Source: a virus
Virus record (IMG/VR): IMGVR_UViG_3300020404_000006
DNA: 64,000 nt
Strand: one strand, 5' to 3'
In this document: one piece after another, positions 7,950 through 18,202 of the stretch
How positions within the stretch are numbered: the stretch's first letter is position 1
Layout of the letters: each line of letters opens with the position of its first letter
The notes under the pieces: generated by a model
What the model was told of the DNA's origin: nothing
Database searches by the model: none
What the model saw: the letters and a program-made list of their open reading frames with translations, nothing else
Program-made: the position numbers and the translations under genes

Positions 7950-10900
7950 TAGTATCCACCTCCGTAGCCTCCGCCACCCGATCCACCAGACCCGCCGCCA
8001 CCAGAAGGAGGAGGACTAGGAGGAGGGGTGCTCGGCGGAGTTGATGGTGGAGTTTGTTGTTGAGGTTGTTGAGGCTGTTGTGGAGCTGGTGTAGTTTCTT
8101 GTGGGGCTGTTGTATTAACAGATGGTGTAGAACTATCAGGTGTAACGGCAGGGGCATTTGTAGTCTCCGTTGTTGTAGTTGTCTCAGTAGGACTCGCAGT
8201 TGGACTAGGTGTTGTAGTGGTTGATGAAGGAGTGTAGGTAATCACTGGTGGTTGACCTAGACTTTCTTCTTTCGTATTATATATTGTGGCGTGTGGTGAA
8301 GATATATGAGTAGGTCCTACCATCTTAACTACTTTTCCATCATCTCGTACATGAACATGGAAGTCGCCATAATATGGATTACCATTGACCCAACCAACTT
8401 GTGTTGTACGTTGACTGTAAACACAATCAACCACCTTGACAAACAGAGTTCCACCTCTACCTGACTCATCAGTTGGCAGAATTCCACCTCCAACAACACC
8501 TCCGTCTATACTTGGTCTCTCTCCAATATCTGAAACATAATCAGGACTGTATGACATAATTGGATACAATCTAGCACCAATTCCTGTTCTCGTATCTATC
8601 GAGACTGTCGGAATCTTTTTATGTTTATCTTGACACCTGATATTATTGATTCCAGCAATAGACCCTGCTGGAGTCACAACCAAATCAAAAGAACAATCTC
8701 CTACTCTACCTTTATCTCCAGAAGTATATCCAATTCCAGGCCTATAGGGAACAAGATCAGTAACAATACCAACTGCCTCACTACCAATACCAGAAACACC
8801 TCTGGTTGTAAAGTTATAGGTATCAGTTCTGGCCATACCAGCAAACTGATTATCAAAGAGATCCATGAATGAACCCTCAGACATAGAGATATAATACTCA
8901 GTATTGAATCTTAGGTCATTCTTTGGGTCTATCTTAATGATTCTATCAGATAGGAATGATATTCTATTATTATTTACATTAATTCTTTCATGTACAACAT
9001 TAGTGCCAGCTTCCGTAATGGTAACATCCCCATTACCTTTTGTTATTGGTTCATTGAATGTGATAGACAATGATACAGAAGTCTGAACACCTACTGCATC
9101 ATCAGCGGGTGTGGTAAATGTAATGAAAGGATTTTCATCATCAGTATCCTCTGTGACAGGGAATTTTGGAGGAACTACATTAGTCGAAGGGCAGTATCCC
9201 TCTCCAGGCGATAACATGTAGATGTCAACAATAGATCCATTTTCATCTATGATCGCTTCAGCATTAGCACCGCCACCATGTCTGGTCTTGTCTATAATTG
9301 AAATCTTTGGAACTACCGTATAATTTAAGCCTGGTTCTAGTATCTCTAGAGTAAGAATACTTCCATCTATAGCTGAAACTATAGGCATGAGAACAGCAGT
9401 TTTTGTTCCATCACCATGAACTTCTACCTTAGGCGGAATACACTCACTCCATGTAAATCCTGGCGGCACTGCATCACCAAGATCATCTTGTGTTTGTGGG
9501 TTCTGTGTTCTAGCAGTGCAATCAAAAAATTCGTCAGCACCCATGCCTATCATACTGAGAAGTGAGAATTTAGCTGTTGCACTATATGCTCCATCACCAG
9601 TAGTGTCTGCTGCTCCAACAAAATTTTCAAACTTCTGTAAGAATTTCATGTTGTCAAGAACTTTTCCAAATTTTAGATTTGGTTTTTCTATAGCACCTAC
9701 TCCCTGTGTCCAATCGTCATAGTCTTTACATTTTAAATTAGCACAAGCAAAGAATCCCAATATCATATTAGCATAACTACTGATCTTCGATAACAGACTA
9801 CCAACCTTACCCAAAGAACCAGTCAACCAATCTAATCCGTCTAAAAGTGGTTTTAATGCTGCGAGTATTTTATCATAGATATCTGCCAAAATATTTGCAA
9901 TGAACTGTTCAACGGCACATACGGAGGGATTCAGTGCCTTTCCTATCATATCCTTGAACATATTCAGCAACATACCCAAGAAGTCTATGTTGAAAAGACA
10001 GAATAAGATGTCAAGTATTTTTTGTAGAGCTTTTATAACAGGAGACTTCTGTGGTTCTGGTATGATCAGTGCTTGTAGATTTCTGAATACCTTTGTTACC
10101 AGAGCAATAACTTTGTCTCTGATCATATTGACTATCTTTTTAACCGCAGCAGATACTAACTTAGCAGCCTTTCTGACTAACTTATTAATATCTTGAAGCA
10201 GATTGTTTGCAGTATCAATATAAGAACCAGCAAACTCAGTAAGTGAGTTTACTGTGGTTAGAAAACTACCAATCGTATGTGCAATATCACTCAAAGGACC
10301 GTCTTCACAGCCATTGTTCATACTATGAGGACCTAGTTGAGTATTAGAAAATGTTGTTTCTGACTTCCTATCGTTAGATACACCTTCATTTCCATTCTCT
10401 AGTTCGCCTGGTGAGTTTTTCTTTTCTTCACCAACTTTATTATCTGCGTTTAATTTTGTTTGACTCTCTCCAGTTGGTGATGAGTCTCCCCCTATTGGTT
10501 TGTTTTCATCATTAGGCATGGTGGTCATCCCATCAATACCCGCTCTTCTACCTGACATTACCTTGAAGGCATTATTCTCAGCGTCTACATTATCACTCTC
10601 TTGAATAGAGGAGGTAGCATTTTGGGGACCTAATTCTGGATTTATATTCCTTGCTAATGCACCAAAGATGACTGGTTGTTGTGCCTCTTCACCATCCAAG
10701 AAGAAACCAAAGACAGTTTCTCCACCAAGCATTTTTGACTTTTCACCTATAGTCGCTCCTCCAGCACCAGAGTTGGGATCCACCATGACATGTGCCCAAG
10801 GCAATTCCGCCTCACTCATCACGGCTTCATCGAATGGGTGATAACCTATTATTCTTACTTTACATCTATATGCCCAACCCTTTTTAGTATCAGTAGACGA

Positions 10901-10996
10901 ATTCTTCCAAACTGCTGGATCGGCAACTCTACCAATCCACCATATAAATCCGTCTTTTCCAACAAAGTTGGTTTGTGCAAGGGTGGTATCTAACAT
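7949..10996 (-). CDS. gp5: Baseplate hub/spike protein gp5 (OB-fold N-terminus, Ig-like insert, low-complexity tail)
   Basis: VGKDGFIWWIGRV...CKVRIIGYHPF...LPWAHV N-terminal gp5 motif. Confidence 0.85.
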   Translation of the reverse strand: MLDTTLAQTNFVGKDGFIWWIGRVADPAVWKNSSTDTKKGWAYRCKVRIIGYHPFDEAVMSEAELPWAHVMVDPNSGAGGATIGEKSKMLGGETVFGFFLDGEEAQQPVIFGALARNINPELGPQNATSSIQESDNVDAENNAFKVMSGRRAGIDGMTTMPNDENKPIGGDSSPTGESQTKLNADNKVGEEKKNSPGELENGNEGVSNDRKSETTFSNTQLGPHSMNNGCEDGPLSDIAHTIGSFLTTVNSLTEFAGSYIDTANNLLQDINKLVRKAAKLVSAAVKKIVNMIRDKVIALVTKVFRNLQALIIPEPQKSPVIKALQKILDILFCLFNIDFLGMLLNMFKDMIGKALNPSVCAVEQFIANILADIYDKILAALKPLLDGLDWLTGSLGKVGSLLSKISSYANMILGFFACANLKCKDYDDWTQGVGAIEKPNLKFGKVLDNMKFLQKFENFVGAADTTGDGAYSATAKFSLLSMIGMGADEFFDCTARTQNPQTQDDLGDAVPPGFTWSECIPPKVEVHGDGTKTAVLMPIVSAIDGSILTLEILEPGLNYTVVPKISIIDKTRHGGGANAEAIIDENGSIVDIYMLSPGEGYCPSTNVVPPKFPVTEDTDDENPFITFTTPADDAVGVQTSVSLSITFNEPITKGNGDVTITEAGTNVVHERINVNNNRISFLSDRIIKIDPKNDLRFNTEYYISMSEGSFMDLFDNQFAGMARTDTYNFTTRGVSGIGSEAVGIVTDLVPYRPGIGYTSGDKGRVGDCSFDLVVTPAGSIAGINNIRCQDKHKKIPTVSIDTRTGIGARLYPIMSYSPDYVSDIGERPSIDGGVVGGGILPTDESGRGGTLFVKVVDCVYSQRTTQVGWVNGNPYYGDFHVHVRDDGKVVKMVGPTHISSPHATIYNTKEESLGQPPVITYTPSSTTTTPSPTASPTETTTTTETTNAPAVTPDSSTPSVNTTAPQETTPAPQQPQQPQQQTPPSTPPSTPPPSPPPSGGGGSGGSGGGGYGGGY

Positions 10997-11002
10997 CAGG
11001 CA

Positions 11003-11230
11003 TTAATCGTCATAAATTAAGCACTCAGGCTCGTCTGGGTTTACTTCACAAAATAACTCTAGTGCGGTAGGATCGTGATGATCTCCAGACTCAATCTCTT
11101 GACGGTGATTATGAGAGTAAACTTCTAATTCATGAAGTTCTTCTTTGATATGCCTACGAGCAGCAGGACTTGTTGTGGGATCTTCTAAGATCTCCTTATC
11201 TTTTTGAATGTGTTTCTCTAAACTTTCCAT
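11003..11230 (-). CDS. cp12: CP12 Calvin cycle inhibitor
   Basis: C-terminal LELFCEVNPDEPECLIYDD signature. Confidence 0.93.
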   Translation of the reverse strand: MESLEKHIQKDKEILEDPTTSPAARRHIKEELHELEVYSHNHRQEIESGDHHDPTALELFCEVNPDEPECLIYDD

Positions 11231-11239
11231 TTTTCCTCC

Positions 11240-12652
11240 TTATTGGATGCCATATGAATCTCTAATGAGATTTAGGGAGGTGACATTTCTCCCCTCAGTT
11301 ATTTCAAAGTGGTGTCGTACACTACGGATAACAAAGAATCCACTTTGTTCAGAGTCTGTTTGCTTCTGACCTCTAGGTGATTTGCTATGCGTATCACCTA
11401 CCTCTGGAAGTTCTACTCTAATTATACTCCCTACTCTTAATAGAGGATTACAGGGTACACTTATATTTAGGGACTGTTGGAAGAGCATTGTGTATCTAGT
11501 AAAGGCTTTTGCCATATCACTAGGATCTCTACCCTGTCCCTCTACATCTTCAGCAGATTCCTCAAGGCCTAGGTTCCACATTCCCCTATCACCCATTCTT
11601 ACAAGAACTCTTGAAGCATATTTGGTAAGATCTCCCTGTGGAATAGGAACATCTTCACCAGATCGCTTCAAATTGTCTTCTTTTACGTTATCCTTTAGAC
11701 TGTATTTCACCACATCTAACTTCCATTTTAACGGATCATACACATATGTCAAGTTACTATAAAGACCAACCCTTAAATTTTTCTGTAAATCTGTTGTTTT
11801 GTCTATACTAGCAAAAAGAATTTTATAATTATTTGATTCATCGTTTGAACTAATTAAAGTTGAATGAGTATATGTTGGGATACTATAGTCATTCATGAGT
11901 TTCTCTCCGTCATCTGGATAGTCCACTTGAGTAGCATCCACCATTTTATCTACTGACTTAAACTTATATCCATCATAATCTTCATAGAAAAAGAATCCAG
12001 AGGTTCCTTTTCCTTCTGCTTTTACTCCTTCTCCCGATGTACCTGATACTGTAGATGTTGTTGGAACTGCTTTTGGGCATAACCATTGTATAGTATAGAA
12101 TGGTTTTCTCATGTTACCTATGAAACCATAAGGAGTAATACTCTTCTCAATGCTCATCCTATCTTCATCAATTAGTAGAACATCTGTTAGTATGTTCTTA
12201 ACGTGTTCACTTATTAGTCCTTTTTCATATCTTTTCACGACTCTAGTAGTCTCATTTGAAAGATTACTCAGAGTACAGCACTTAAGAGTGAATGTCTCCT
12301 GTCCTTCAACTTGACTAACTTTTTCAATGGAAGAAACATATAAGGGATTTCCATTTTCCTCAGTAAACTTAACATCACCAAATGCAGTTCCTATAATAAG
12401 ATCAATTCTCTCATACCCTCTTATAGGTACTAAAGATAAGAGACCAGAAGTATCAGAGCATAACAATCTCACTGTTATTGCTGGAGATAAGAGATCCTCA
12501 AAATAATCACATTGCACAACTGAGTTCTTAATTTCGAGAGAATCTACTCCCTCTTTATTTGAGTCACTAGAACCACCCCTCTTGAGAGTAATGTTATTCT
12601 CAGGGGTGATTAAAACTTGTTTGAAATCAGCGTACAGTAAGGAATATGCCAT
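11240..12652 (-). CDS. Baseplate hub-type tail protein (gp27-like fold inferred)
   Basis: 470 aa; YFEDLLSP, FFFYE..DGYKFKS, LRVGSIIRVELP...SGFFVIRSVRHHF; baseplate context. Confidence 0.5.
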   Translation of the reverse strand: MAYSLLYADFKQVLITPENNITLKRGGSSDSNKEGVDSLEIKNSVVQCDYFEDLLSPAITVRLLCSDTSGLLSLVPIRGYERIDLIIGTAFGDVKFTEENGNPLYVSSIEKVSQVEGQETFTLKCCTLSNLSNETTRVVKRYEKGLISEHVKNILTDVLLIDEDRMSIEKSITPYGFIGNMRKPFYTIQWLCPKAVPTTSTVSGTSGEGVKAEGKGTSGFFFYEDYDGYKFKSVDKMVDATQVDYPDDGEKLMNDYSIPTYTHSTLISSNDESNNYKILFASIDKTTDLQKNLRVGLYSNLTYVYDPLKWKLDVVKYSLKDNVKEDNLKRSGEDVPIPQGDLTKYASRVLVRMGDRGMWNLGLEESAEDVEGQGRDPSDMAKAFTRYTMLFQQSLNISVPCNPLLRVGSIIRVELPEVGDTHSKSPRGQKQTDSEQSGFFVIRSVRHHFEITEGRNVTSLNLIRDSYGIQ

Positions 12653-14544
12653 CAGGTTCTAGCTAAATTGTTAAGTTGAATTTGAGAAAGAATTGCTCCA
12701 ACATCTGTTATTGGCATTATTTGTGGAGAACCATCACCTCCTGATCCTGTTGCAACCACTCCAGCCTGAGCAGTTTGCAACTGTGGAGTAAGTGCAATAA
12801 GTTGTGGAGGTGATCCAGCTGGATCATCATAAGGCATATATCCCTCTGGAGATAATTGAGCAATCATATTAGGATTATTTGGATTGAGAGATGACTGATC
12901 TCCCATAGGATCAGTAGATTCAGTGAATCCCATTGCTCCTTTATGACTCCTAACACTGGCAGCAGCCTCTGCCTTAGTAATACTTCCATCACCATTCTTA
13001 TCTAAACCTGCATTTTGATCGTATGCTATGCCTCTATATCCCTCTATTGCACCCTTACCAAAGAGAACAAAATCATCTGGTTTACCTACAGCAACAGGGA
13101 ATAAAATTGACATGTAAAGATCATCAAGATTTCCACCTTCAATTCCTTTATTTGAAAAATACTTGTCAACATATTTTAATTGTTCAGTTCTTGTCATCTT
13201 TGATAGTTCTTCAGTAGATGTTCCCAATCCTTTTGCTGTTGATGGCATGAATTGAATCAAACCAGTAGCACCAGACCCCTGCATATTTTTCTTTGATGGA
13301 TCAAATGTCCCACCAGACTCAAAGCTCATTACAGCATATAGATCTTGCACACTTACATTATATTTTTGTGCAAGTTCATTAACTCCTCGTTGAAAATCTA
13401 GATCATTTGCAACTTTTGTAGGCACTTCACCTGTGTCAACAGTTAGACTCAACATGCTACTTTGTGATGAAACACTACTGGGATTGGCAGCTGCCATGAA
13501 CTCTGCAACTACCTTAAAAGGATCTTTTTGAATTCGTTCCTGTAACTTTTCTAATTCAGTCTTAGTTCTAAGATAGTTCTTAAGTTCCTCTGAGCCAGGT
13601 GGTAGACTTATTCCCCCAGCATCTCGAAATTGCTTTTCATTTTCTTCCAACTGTGCTTTAACTACTTCATTAATTTTTTCAATATCACTTTTTTCAGTTT
13701 TCTTGTCTTTGTCGTTTTTAGGTCCAAACACGGTATTCCACAAGTTACTAGTCGTGTTCTTTATAATGTTCCTGCCTTTCTTTGAAAGAGGATTTACAAC
13801 ATTTATTCCAAAACCAAGAGAATATACACCGTCATCAACTTTACCACCAGTAACTTTTCTGATGTCTTTCATTACCTTTTTGCGTAAATTATTCAACTTT
13901 TCGCCTACGGATGGACCTTCCTCCTCACCCATAAAGGCACCTTGTTTAGCAAGAAATTTGAATCTATCCATCAACTCTCCAAACTGTTCTACATTTTTCT
14001 TATCCAGACTTTGATCCTCAGTTGCCAGTCTATCATTCATTCTTTCTAGAGTACTATCATCAGAGTTAACTTCTGACTCAGTAATTTCTTCTGGACCTTT
14101 CTGAGATACTGCTTGAAGATCTTTCTTCTTGTCTAATGCTATGTCTTTATTCTCATCAGCAGTGGTTTCTACTTTTTTTAGTCCTTCGTCTCTAACCTTT
14201 TGTTCTTCATCGAGATCTTTCTGCATTGCTTTTTCGTTTCCACCATATTGGGTTTGGAGAAGTTCCTCTGTAGATCTCTCCTTTGACATCATTTGTCCCA
14301 AAACTAGAGGCAACATTATAGCACCACCAAGTAACATTTTATTCACTTTTGCACTCCTCCCACCACCGAAATTTTTTGCAAATAATCTAGCTTTTTTTAA
14401 TGTTTTCTTACTAGGAATATCCTTTGAAATACCTTTAGATATGACACCCATAAAGCGGGAAAATCGATCTATAGATGATTCAGATTTATCTACAGACTTC
14501 TGAGCCTTCTGTCGGATACCTGTTATTTTAGATTTATTCTTCAT
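12652..14544 (-). CDS. Tail/tape-measure-like protein with lytic transglycosylase domain
   Basis: Coiled-coil N-half; LYAVMSFESG...ATGLIQFMPSTA lysozyme-fold motif with catalytic Glu. Confidence 0.75.
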   Translation of the reverse strand: MKNKSKITGIRQKAQKSVDKSESSIDRFSRFMGVISKGISKDIPSKKTLKKARLFAKNFGGGRSAKVNKMLLGGAIMLPLVLGQMMSKERSTEELLQTQYGGNEKAMQKDLDEEQKVRDEGLKKVETTADENKDIALDKKKDLQAVSQKGPEEITESEVNSDDSTLERMNDRLATEDQSLDKKNVEQFGELMDRFKFLAKQGAFMGEEEGPSVGEKLNNLRKKVMKDIRKVTGGKVDDGVYSLGFGINVVNPLSKKGRNIIKNTTSNLWNTVFGPKNDKDKKTEKSDIEKINEVVKAQLEENEKQFRDAGGISLPPGSEELKNYLRTKTELEKLQERIQKDPFKVVAEFMAAANPSSVSSQSSMLSLTVDTGEVPTKVANDLDFQRGVNELAQKYNVSVQDLYAVMSFESGGTFDPSKKNMQGSGATGLIQFMPSTAKGLGTSTEELSKMTRTEQLKYVDKYFSNKGIEGGNLDDLYMSILFPVAVGKPDDFVLFGKGAIEGYRGIAYDQNAGLDKNGDGSITKAEAAASVRSHKGAMGFTESTDPMGDQSSLNPNNPNMIAQLSPEGYMPYDDPAGSPPQLIALTPQLQTAQAGVVATGSGGDGSPQIMPITDVGAILSQIQLNNLART

Positions 14545-16262
14545 TATAACGCACCTATAATATTAAACAGTGATTTAGTTGTCGTAATGTGCATGTTGTC
14601 CATATCTACTGAAAGTAATATGGGAGGTTCATTTGCCATTCTACTCATTTTGTATTCACCTTTTTGATTATTACCTTGTCCTACTGGAACTGGTATTGAT
14701 ATTGGCATTGGAGTATCTTTTACATCACTACCTCCTCTAGCTGGTTGACTTATACCATCTGTTATCTGTTCTACTGCTCCAAGAGTTTTCAGATCAGGAG
14801 AAATATCTAGTTTAGGAATTTCTGTTGAACTGTCTACACCTGTATTTAATTGACCTTTTTCTCTGTCTTTAAATAGATCTCCTCTCCCATCAAGGTCAGT
14901 CATTCCAAAAGTTAAAAAATCACCCAGACCAGCGAGACCTCTCATAAGTCCCTCTGGTTTAGGTTTCTCTGCCTCAGGTGCCTCAGGTGCCGCTGGATTC
15001 GTGACCGTAGTTTTACTGCCTGGATCTCCTTGAGGTCCAAGAGCACCTCTGTTTCCCTTGATAAACTCTATATTCTGAGGTTTTAGTACTAAACTAGGTC
15101 CTCCCTGTCCACTCAAATCACTTGTTGGTTCAGTAAGTGGTGTTACTTTAGTTTCATCTGGATCACCACCAACAACAGTTCCTAGAGGAATATTCTTTCC
15201 AGAGGAATCAACATTTTGGTCGTGTTTTTTATTAGGATCAGGTAAATCTACTTCATCAATTTTTTTAGTTGTCGTAACTGGTTGATTATTCTCTTTTAAA
15301 TATTCCTCATAGGTATCAGGAAGCGAAAGATCTTCAACTTTGGCATTATTATACTCATTCTCCGTCATTATCTTCGGTTTCTCTCCGTTTACTTGACTCT
15401 GATCATCCCCACTACCATCGCCAGAGCCATCGCCTTCTGTTGGTGGTTGATCATCTTGACTCCTTTTTCTAAGTCTTCTACCAAGTTTACCTTTGAACTG
15501 CATTTCAATGAGACTCAAAGCTTCATCAAATGTATCTAAAGATTTTTTAAATTGTTTAGTTACTTCTGCTGTAGTTCCGTCAATTACTTCGTCATCTTTC
15601 TTACGTCCAAAAACCTTCTTAGCAAGAGTAGCACCCTTTCCCAAAGGACTTGCCTTAAATAATGCACCACCTATTGCACCAGCGGCACCTAAAGCTAGTG
15701 GTGCTCCCTTAACTGCCAGTGCGGCCAACCCAACAACTGCGGCACCTTTTAGTACTCCTTTTACCAGACCTCCCTTTGACTTTTGGGGTTTGGCCTTCGC
15801 CATCTTCTCGATAAGATCAATGACGATCCCCTTCGCTTCACTTAAAAATCCTAGAGATCTTTTTAGAGAAGATTGCAGACCAGTCAACCCAGATCCAAAT
15901 TTCTCTAAAGAATTTAAACCACCATCAAATATTTTACCTAAGAACGCCTGTGGGTCAAAATCACTAACCTTTGATTGTACAGACTTTACTAAATTAGGAA
16001 CTAAGTTTTGGACTTTATTTTCTACTAATCTTCCAACTCTTTTGACACTTGTTCTAGGTGTTACCGTTTCGGGAGGTTTTAAAGCTTGAGGAACCAGAGA
16101 CATCTTGCCTCTGACTTTACTTAACTTCCCCTTTGTAGGTAGTATTGTATTCTTTGCACCATCTATTTGACTCTTGGTGTTTTTTCCAAAAATCTTATCT
16201 GCTTTTACAACTTTCTTTGCTTTTGCAGCTGTTTCAAATAGTGATGTAGTTACTTTAGCCAT
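14544..16262 (-). CDS. Tail-associated structural protein (tape-measure-like)
   Basis: 572 aa helical/low complexity, Gly-Ala hydrophobic stretch; directly after gp51. Confidence 0.5.
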   Translation of the reverse strand: MAKVTTSLFETAAKAKKVVKADKIFGKNTKSQIDGAKNTILPTKGKLSKVRGKMSLVPQALKPPETVTPRTSVKRVGRLVENKVQNLVPNLVKSVQSKVSDFDPQAFLGKIFDGGLNSLEKFGSGLTGLQSSLKRSLGFLSEAKGIVIDLIEKMAKAKPQKSKGGLVKGVLKGAAVVGLAALAVKGAPLALGAAGAIGGALFKASPLGKGATLAKKVFGRKKDDEVIDGTTAEVTKQFKKSLDTFDEALSLIEMQFKGKLGRRLRKRSQDDQPPTEGDGSGDGSGDDQSQVNGEKPKIMTENEYNNAKVEDLSLPDTYEEYLKENNQPVTTTKKIDEVDLPDPNKKHDQNVDSSGKNIPLGTVVGGDPDETKVTPLTEPTSDLSGQGGPSLVLKPQNIEFIKGNRGALGPQGDPGSKTTVTNPAAPEAPEAEKPKPEGLMRGLAGLGDFLTFGMTDLDGRGDLFKDREKGQLNTGVDSSTEIPKLDISPDLKTLGAVEQITDGISQPARGGSDVKDTPMPISIPVPVGQGNNQKGEYKMSRMANEPPILLSVDMDNMHITTTKSLFNIIGAL

Positions 16263-16446
16263 TCTTCATTTGAGCTTCCCTAGCTTTTGCTTTTAGGTTT
16301 TCTTCTTCAATGTGAAGTCTAAGTAATCCAACATAGATGTCTCTTTCCCAAGGCATCCAATTCTCAATATCCCACAAATTGTATTTATGGTACTGCATGA
16401 GAGCGAAATTGATTCGGAAGTATGTCTCAAGATTAATGTGAGACAT
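16255..16446 (-). CDS. gp51: Baseplate hub assembly catalyst gp51
   Basis: NFALMQYHKYNLWDIENWMPWERDIYV motif, follows gp26. Confidence 0.8.
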   Translation of the reverse strand: MSHINLETYFRINFALMQYHKYNLWDIENWMPWERDIYVGLLRLHIEEENLKAKAREAQMKNG

Positions 16447-16448
16447 AC

Positions 16449-17165
16449 TTAGGCGAAAAAATCGGCTAAGCCCTCTAATACTACAGTGTTTTTCTTATTA
16501 GTGTTTGGATTAATTACAGTCACCGTATGTGACAATTTAGGCATGGTTTCAAAAAATCTTTCAAGTTTTTGAAACTGTTGTGAAGTCAACGCTTCGACCC
16601 ATTCTTTTAACTCTTTCTTAGTACAGTCTGATGCGGCAAACATCTCTGCATCATTATAAACCATCTCAATACAACTAGAGAGAACAGTAAATGATTTCTC
16701 AATAGTATCCTCACTATCAGTGAAATTAGTTTCAATGAACTGATTAAGAGAAGGATATTTCATCTTTACAGTCCAACCATCACCTATCTCAATTTCTGTT
16801 GTATGGTCTTCAGATCTTACAACTTGAATGGCAGAAATGGGAACATTTACACTCACTTCTGTTTTTCCATCATCACCACATGTAACAAGGAGATCAATAG
16901 ATTCACCTACAGACTTACCACGGATATTTAAAAATAAGTATTCAATATCAAAGGCAGGCAGATTATCAACCTTGAGTCCTTTTGTGATAACACACTCCTT
17001 AATTACTTGCTTGACTGCATTAGTAATCTCTTTTTGATTTCCACCCTCTAGAGCGAGAATAAGTATTTTTTCTTCTTTTACCAGAAACGGTCTGTACTTG
17101 ATAGTCTTTCCATTTGATGGCAATTCCAACTCATACTCAGTGGTCGTAATTTTTGGTAAAGGCAT
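16449..17165 (-). CDS. gp26: Baseplate hub subunit gp26
   Basis: MPLPKI...YRPFLVKEEKIL...FDIEYLFLNIRGKSVGE...LEGLADFF. Confidence 0.92.
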   Translation of the reverse strand: MPLPKITTTEYELELPSNGKTIKYRPFLVKEEKILILALEGGNQKEITNAVKQVIKECVITKGLKVDNLPAFDIEYLFLNIRGKSVGESIDLLVTCGDDGKTEVSVNVPISAIQVVRSEDHTTEIEIGDGWTVKMKYPSLNQFIETNFTDSEDTIEKSFTVLSSCIEMVYNDAEMFAASDCTKKELKEWVEALTSQQFQKLERFFETMPKLSHTVTVINPNTNKKNTVVLEGLADFFA

Positions 17166-17206
17166 AATATGTAATTATTCGTTATTATTTAGAAGGGTTT
17201 TTGAAG

Positions 17207-18190
17207 CTATTTTGCTGTGGTTGAAGATTCCTCCTCATTGGTGATAGCTTGCTTGTCTGAAAGAGGAGTACTGTTGTCATCAGTGTCATTAGATGGAAAT
17301 GTAAGGCTTCCTCCAGTAAATCCAATAACATCAGCACTCCTCACCATAACATATCTGTCATAAGCAAAATTAACTGTAACTTGTAACACCTGAGAATTTG
17401 AATATGATAGTGCAACGTCTTGTATTGATGTAGGGAAGATATTAACAAACCTATAACTTAGTGCTTCTGGAACCAGTTCTTCCGATGAATCTGATAGGCT
17501 TAATGCGACACTTGTTGGACGAATGAGTGTTGTATCAATATTCCTCTCAAATTTAGTTATAGTCATACTTCTCTTGTATGAGTTTGGATATCTATATCTC
17601 AAGAAATTATTACTTGAAACATGTTTATTTTCTGGATATCCTGTAGCTGACGGGAAGAATCCCTGACCAACCCGACGTGATTTATCACTTGGAAGTTTGC
17701 CTTGACCATCATAAAGTGGGTTTATGTAGTTAATCCATTCTTGGAACAGTGTAAGACTTCTATAGTCTCCTGTCAAGTAATAAGTGACTGCAACATCATT
17801 AAATGTTCTCTGTGCTGCAAATTTCTCAACTATACCTTGTCTACTTCCAACCTCTGAAGTGGTTGCAAAAGTTGCTCCAGGCAATATTGCTTCAGTTGCC
17901 ATTAAGGAGAATCTTTCTTGACCCAATCCACCATCACTAGTATATACACCACATGCCTGTAACCACTTCTCTAAAGTGCTCTCTGAATTAGTAGGCGCTA
18001 GATCTAATCTTACTTTATAAAAACTTGACAGAGATGGATGTCCCAGAGCATCCAAGAAACTAGTTTCAAATGTTTCACCAACATCTAATGCAGTATCTTG
18101 TATGTCAGAAAAGGGTCTAGGATTTTGGGGACTTGCTCCCAAGTTTCCCACTTTAGTCGCAAAATAACTTTTTGAACTATCTAAGGCCAT
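17207..18190 (-). CDS. Tail-tube-fold baseplate protein (gp54-like tail tube initiator)
   Basis: FQEWINYI...YRFVNIFPTSIQDVALSY...QVTVNFAY gp19/gp54 family motifs. Confidence 0.65.
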   Translation of the reverse strand: MALDSSKSYFATKVGNLGASPQNPRPFSDIQDTALDVGETFETSFLDALGHPSLSSFYKVRLDLAPTNSESTLEKWLQACGVYTSDGGLGQERFSLMATEAILPGATFATTSEVGSRQGIVEKFAAQRTFNDVAVTYYLTGDYRSLTLFQEWINYINPLYDGQGKLPSDKSRRVGQGFFPSATGYPENKHVSSNNFLRYRYPNSYKRSMTITKFERNIDTTLIRPTSVALSLSDSSEELVPEALSYRFVNIFPTSIQDVALSYSNSQVLQVTVNFAYDRYVMVRSADVIGFTGGSLTFPSNDTDDNSTPLSDKQAITNEEESSTTAK

Positions 18191-18202
18191 CTAAATAAGG
18201 TT

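Noticed and set aside
7950-8230. Short tandem-like repeats at the gp5 3' end
   Set aside because: Codon-level low complexity (Thr, Pro, Gln, Gly runs), not a DNA repeat array.
15018-15062. Collagen-like Gly-X-Y run (GNRGALGPQGDPGSK)
   Set aside because: Only five triplets, too short to support a collagen domain.
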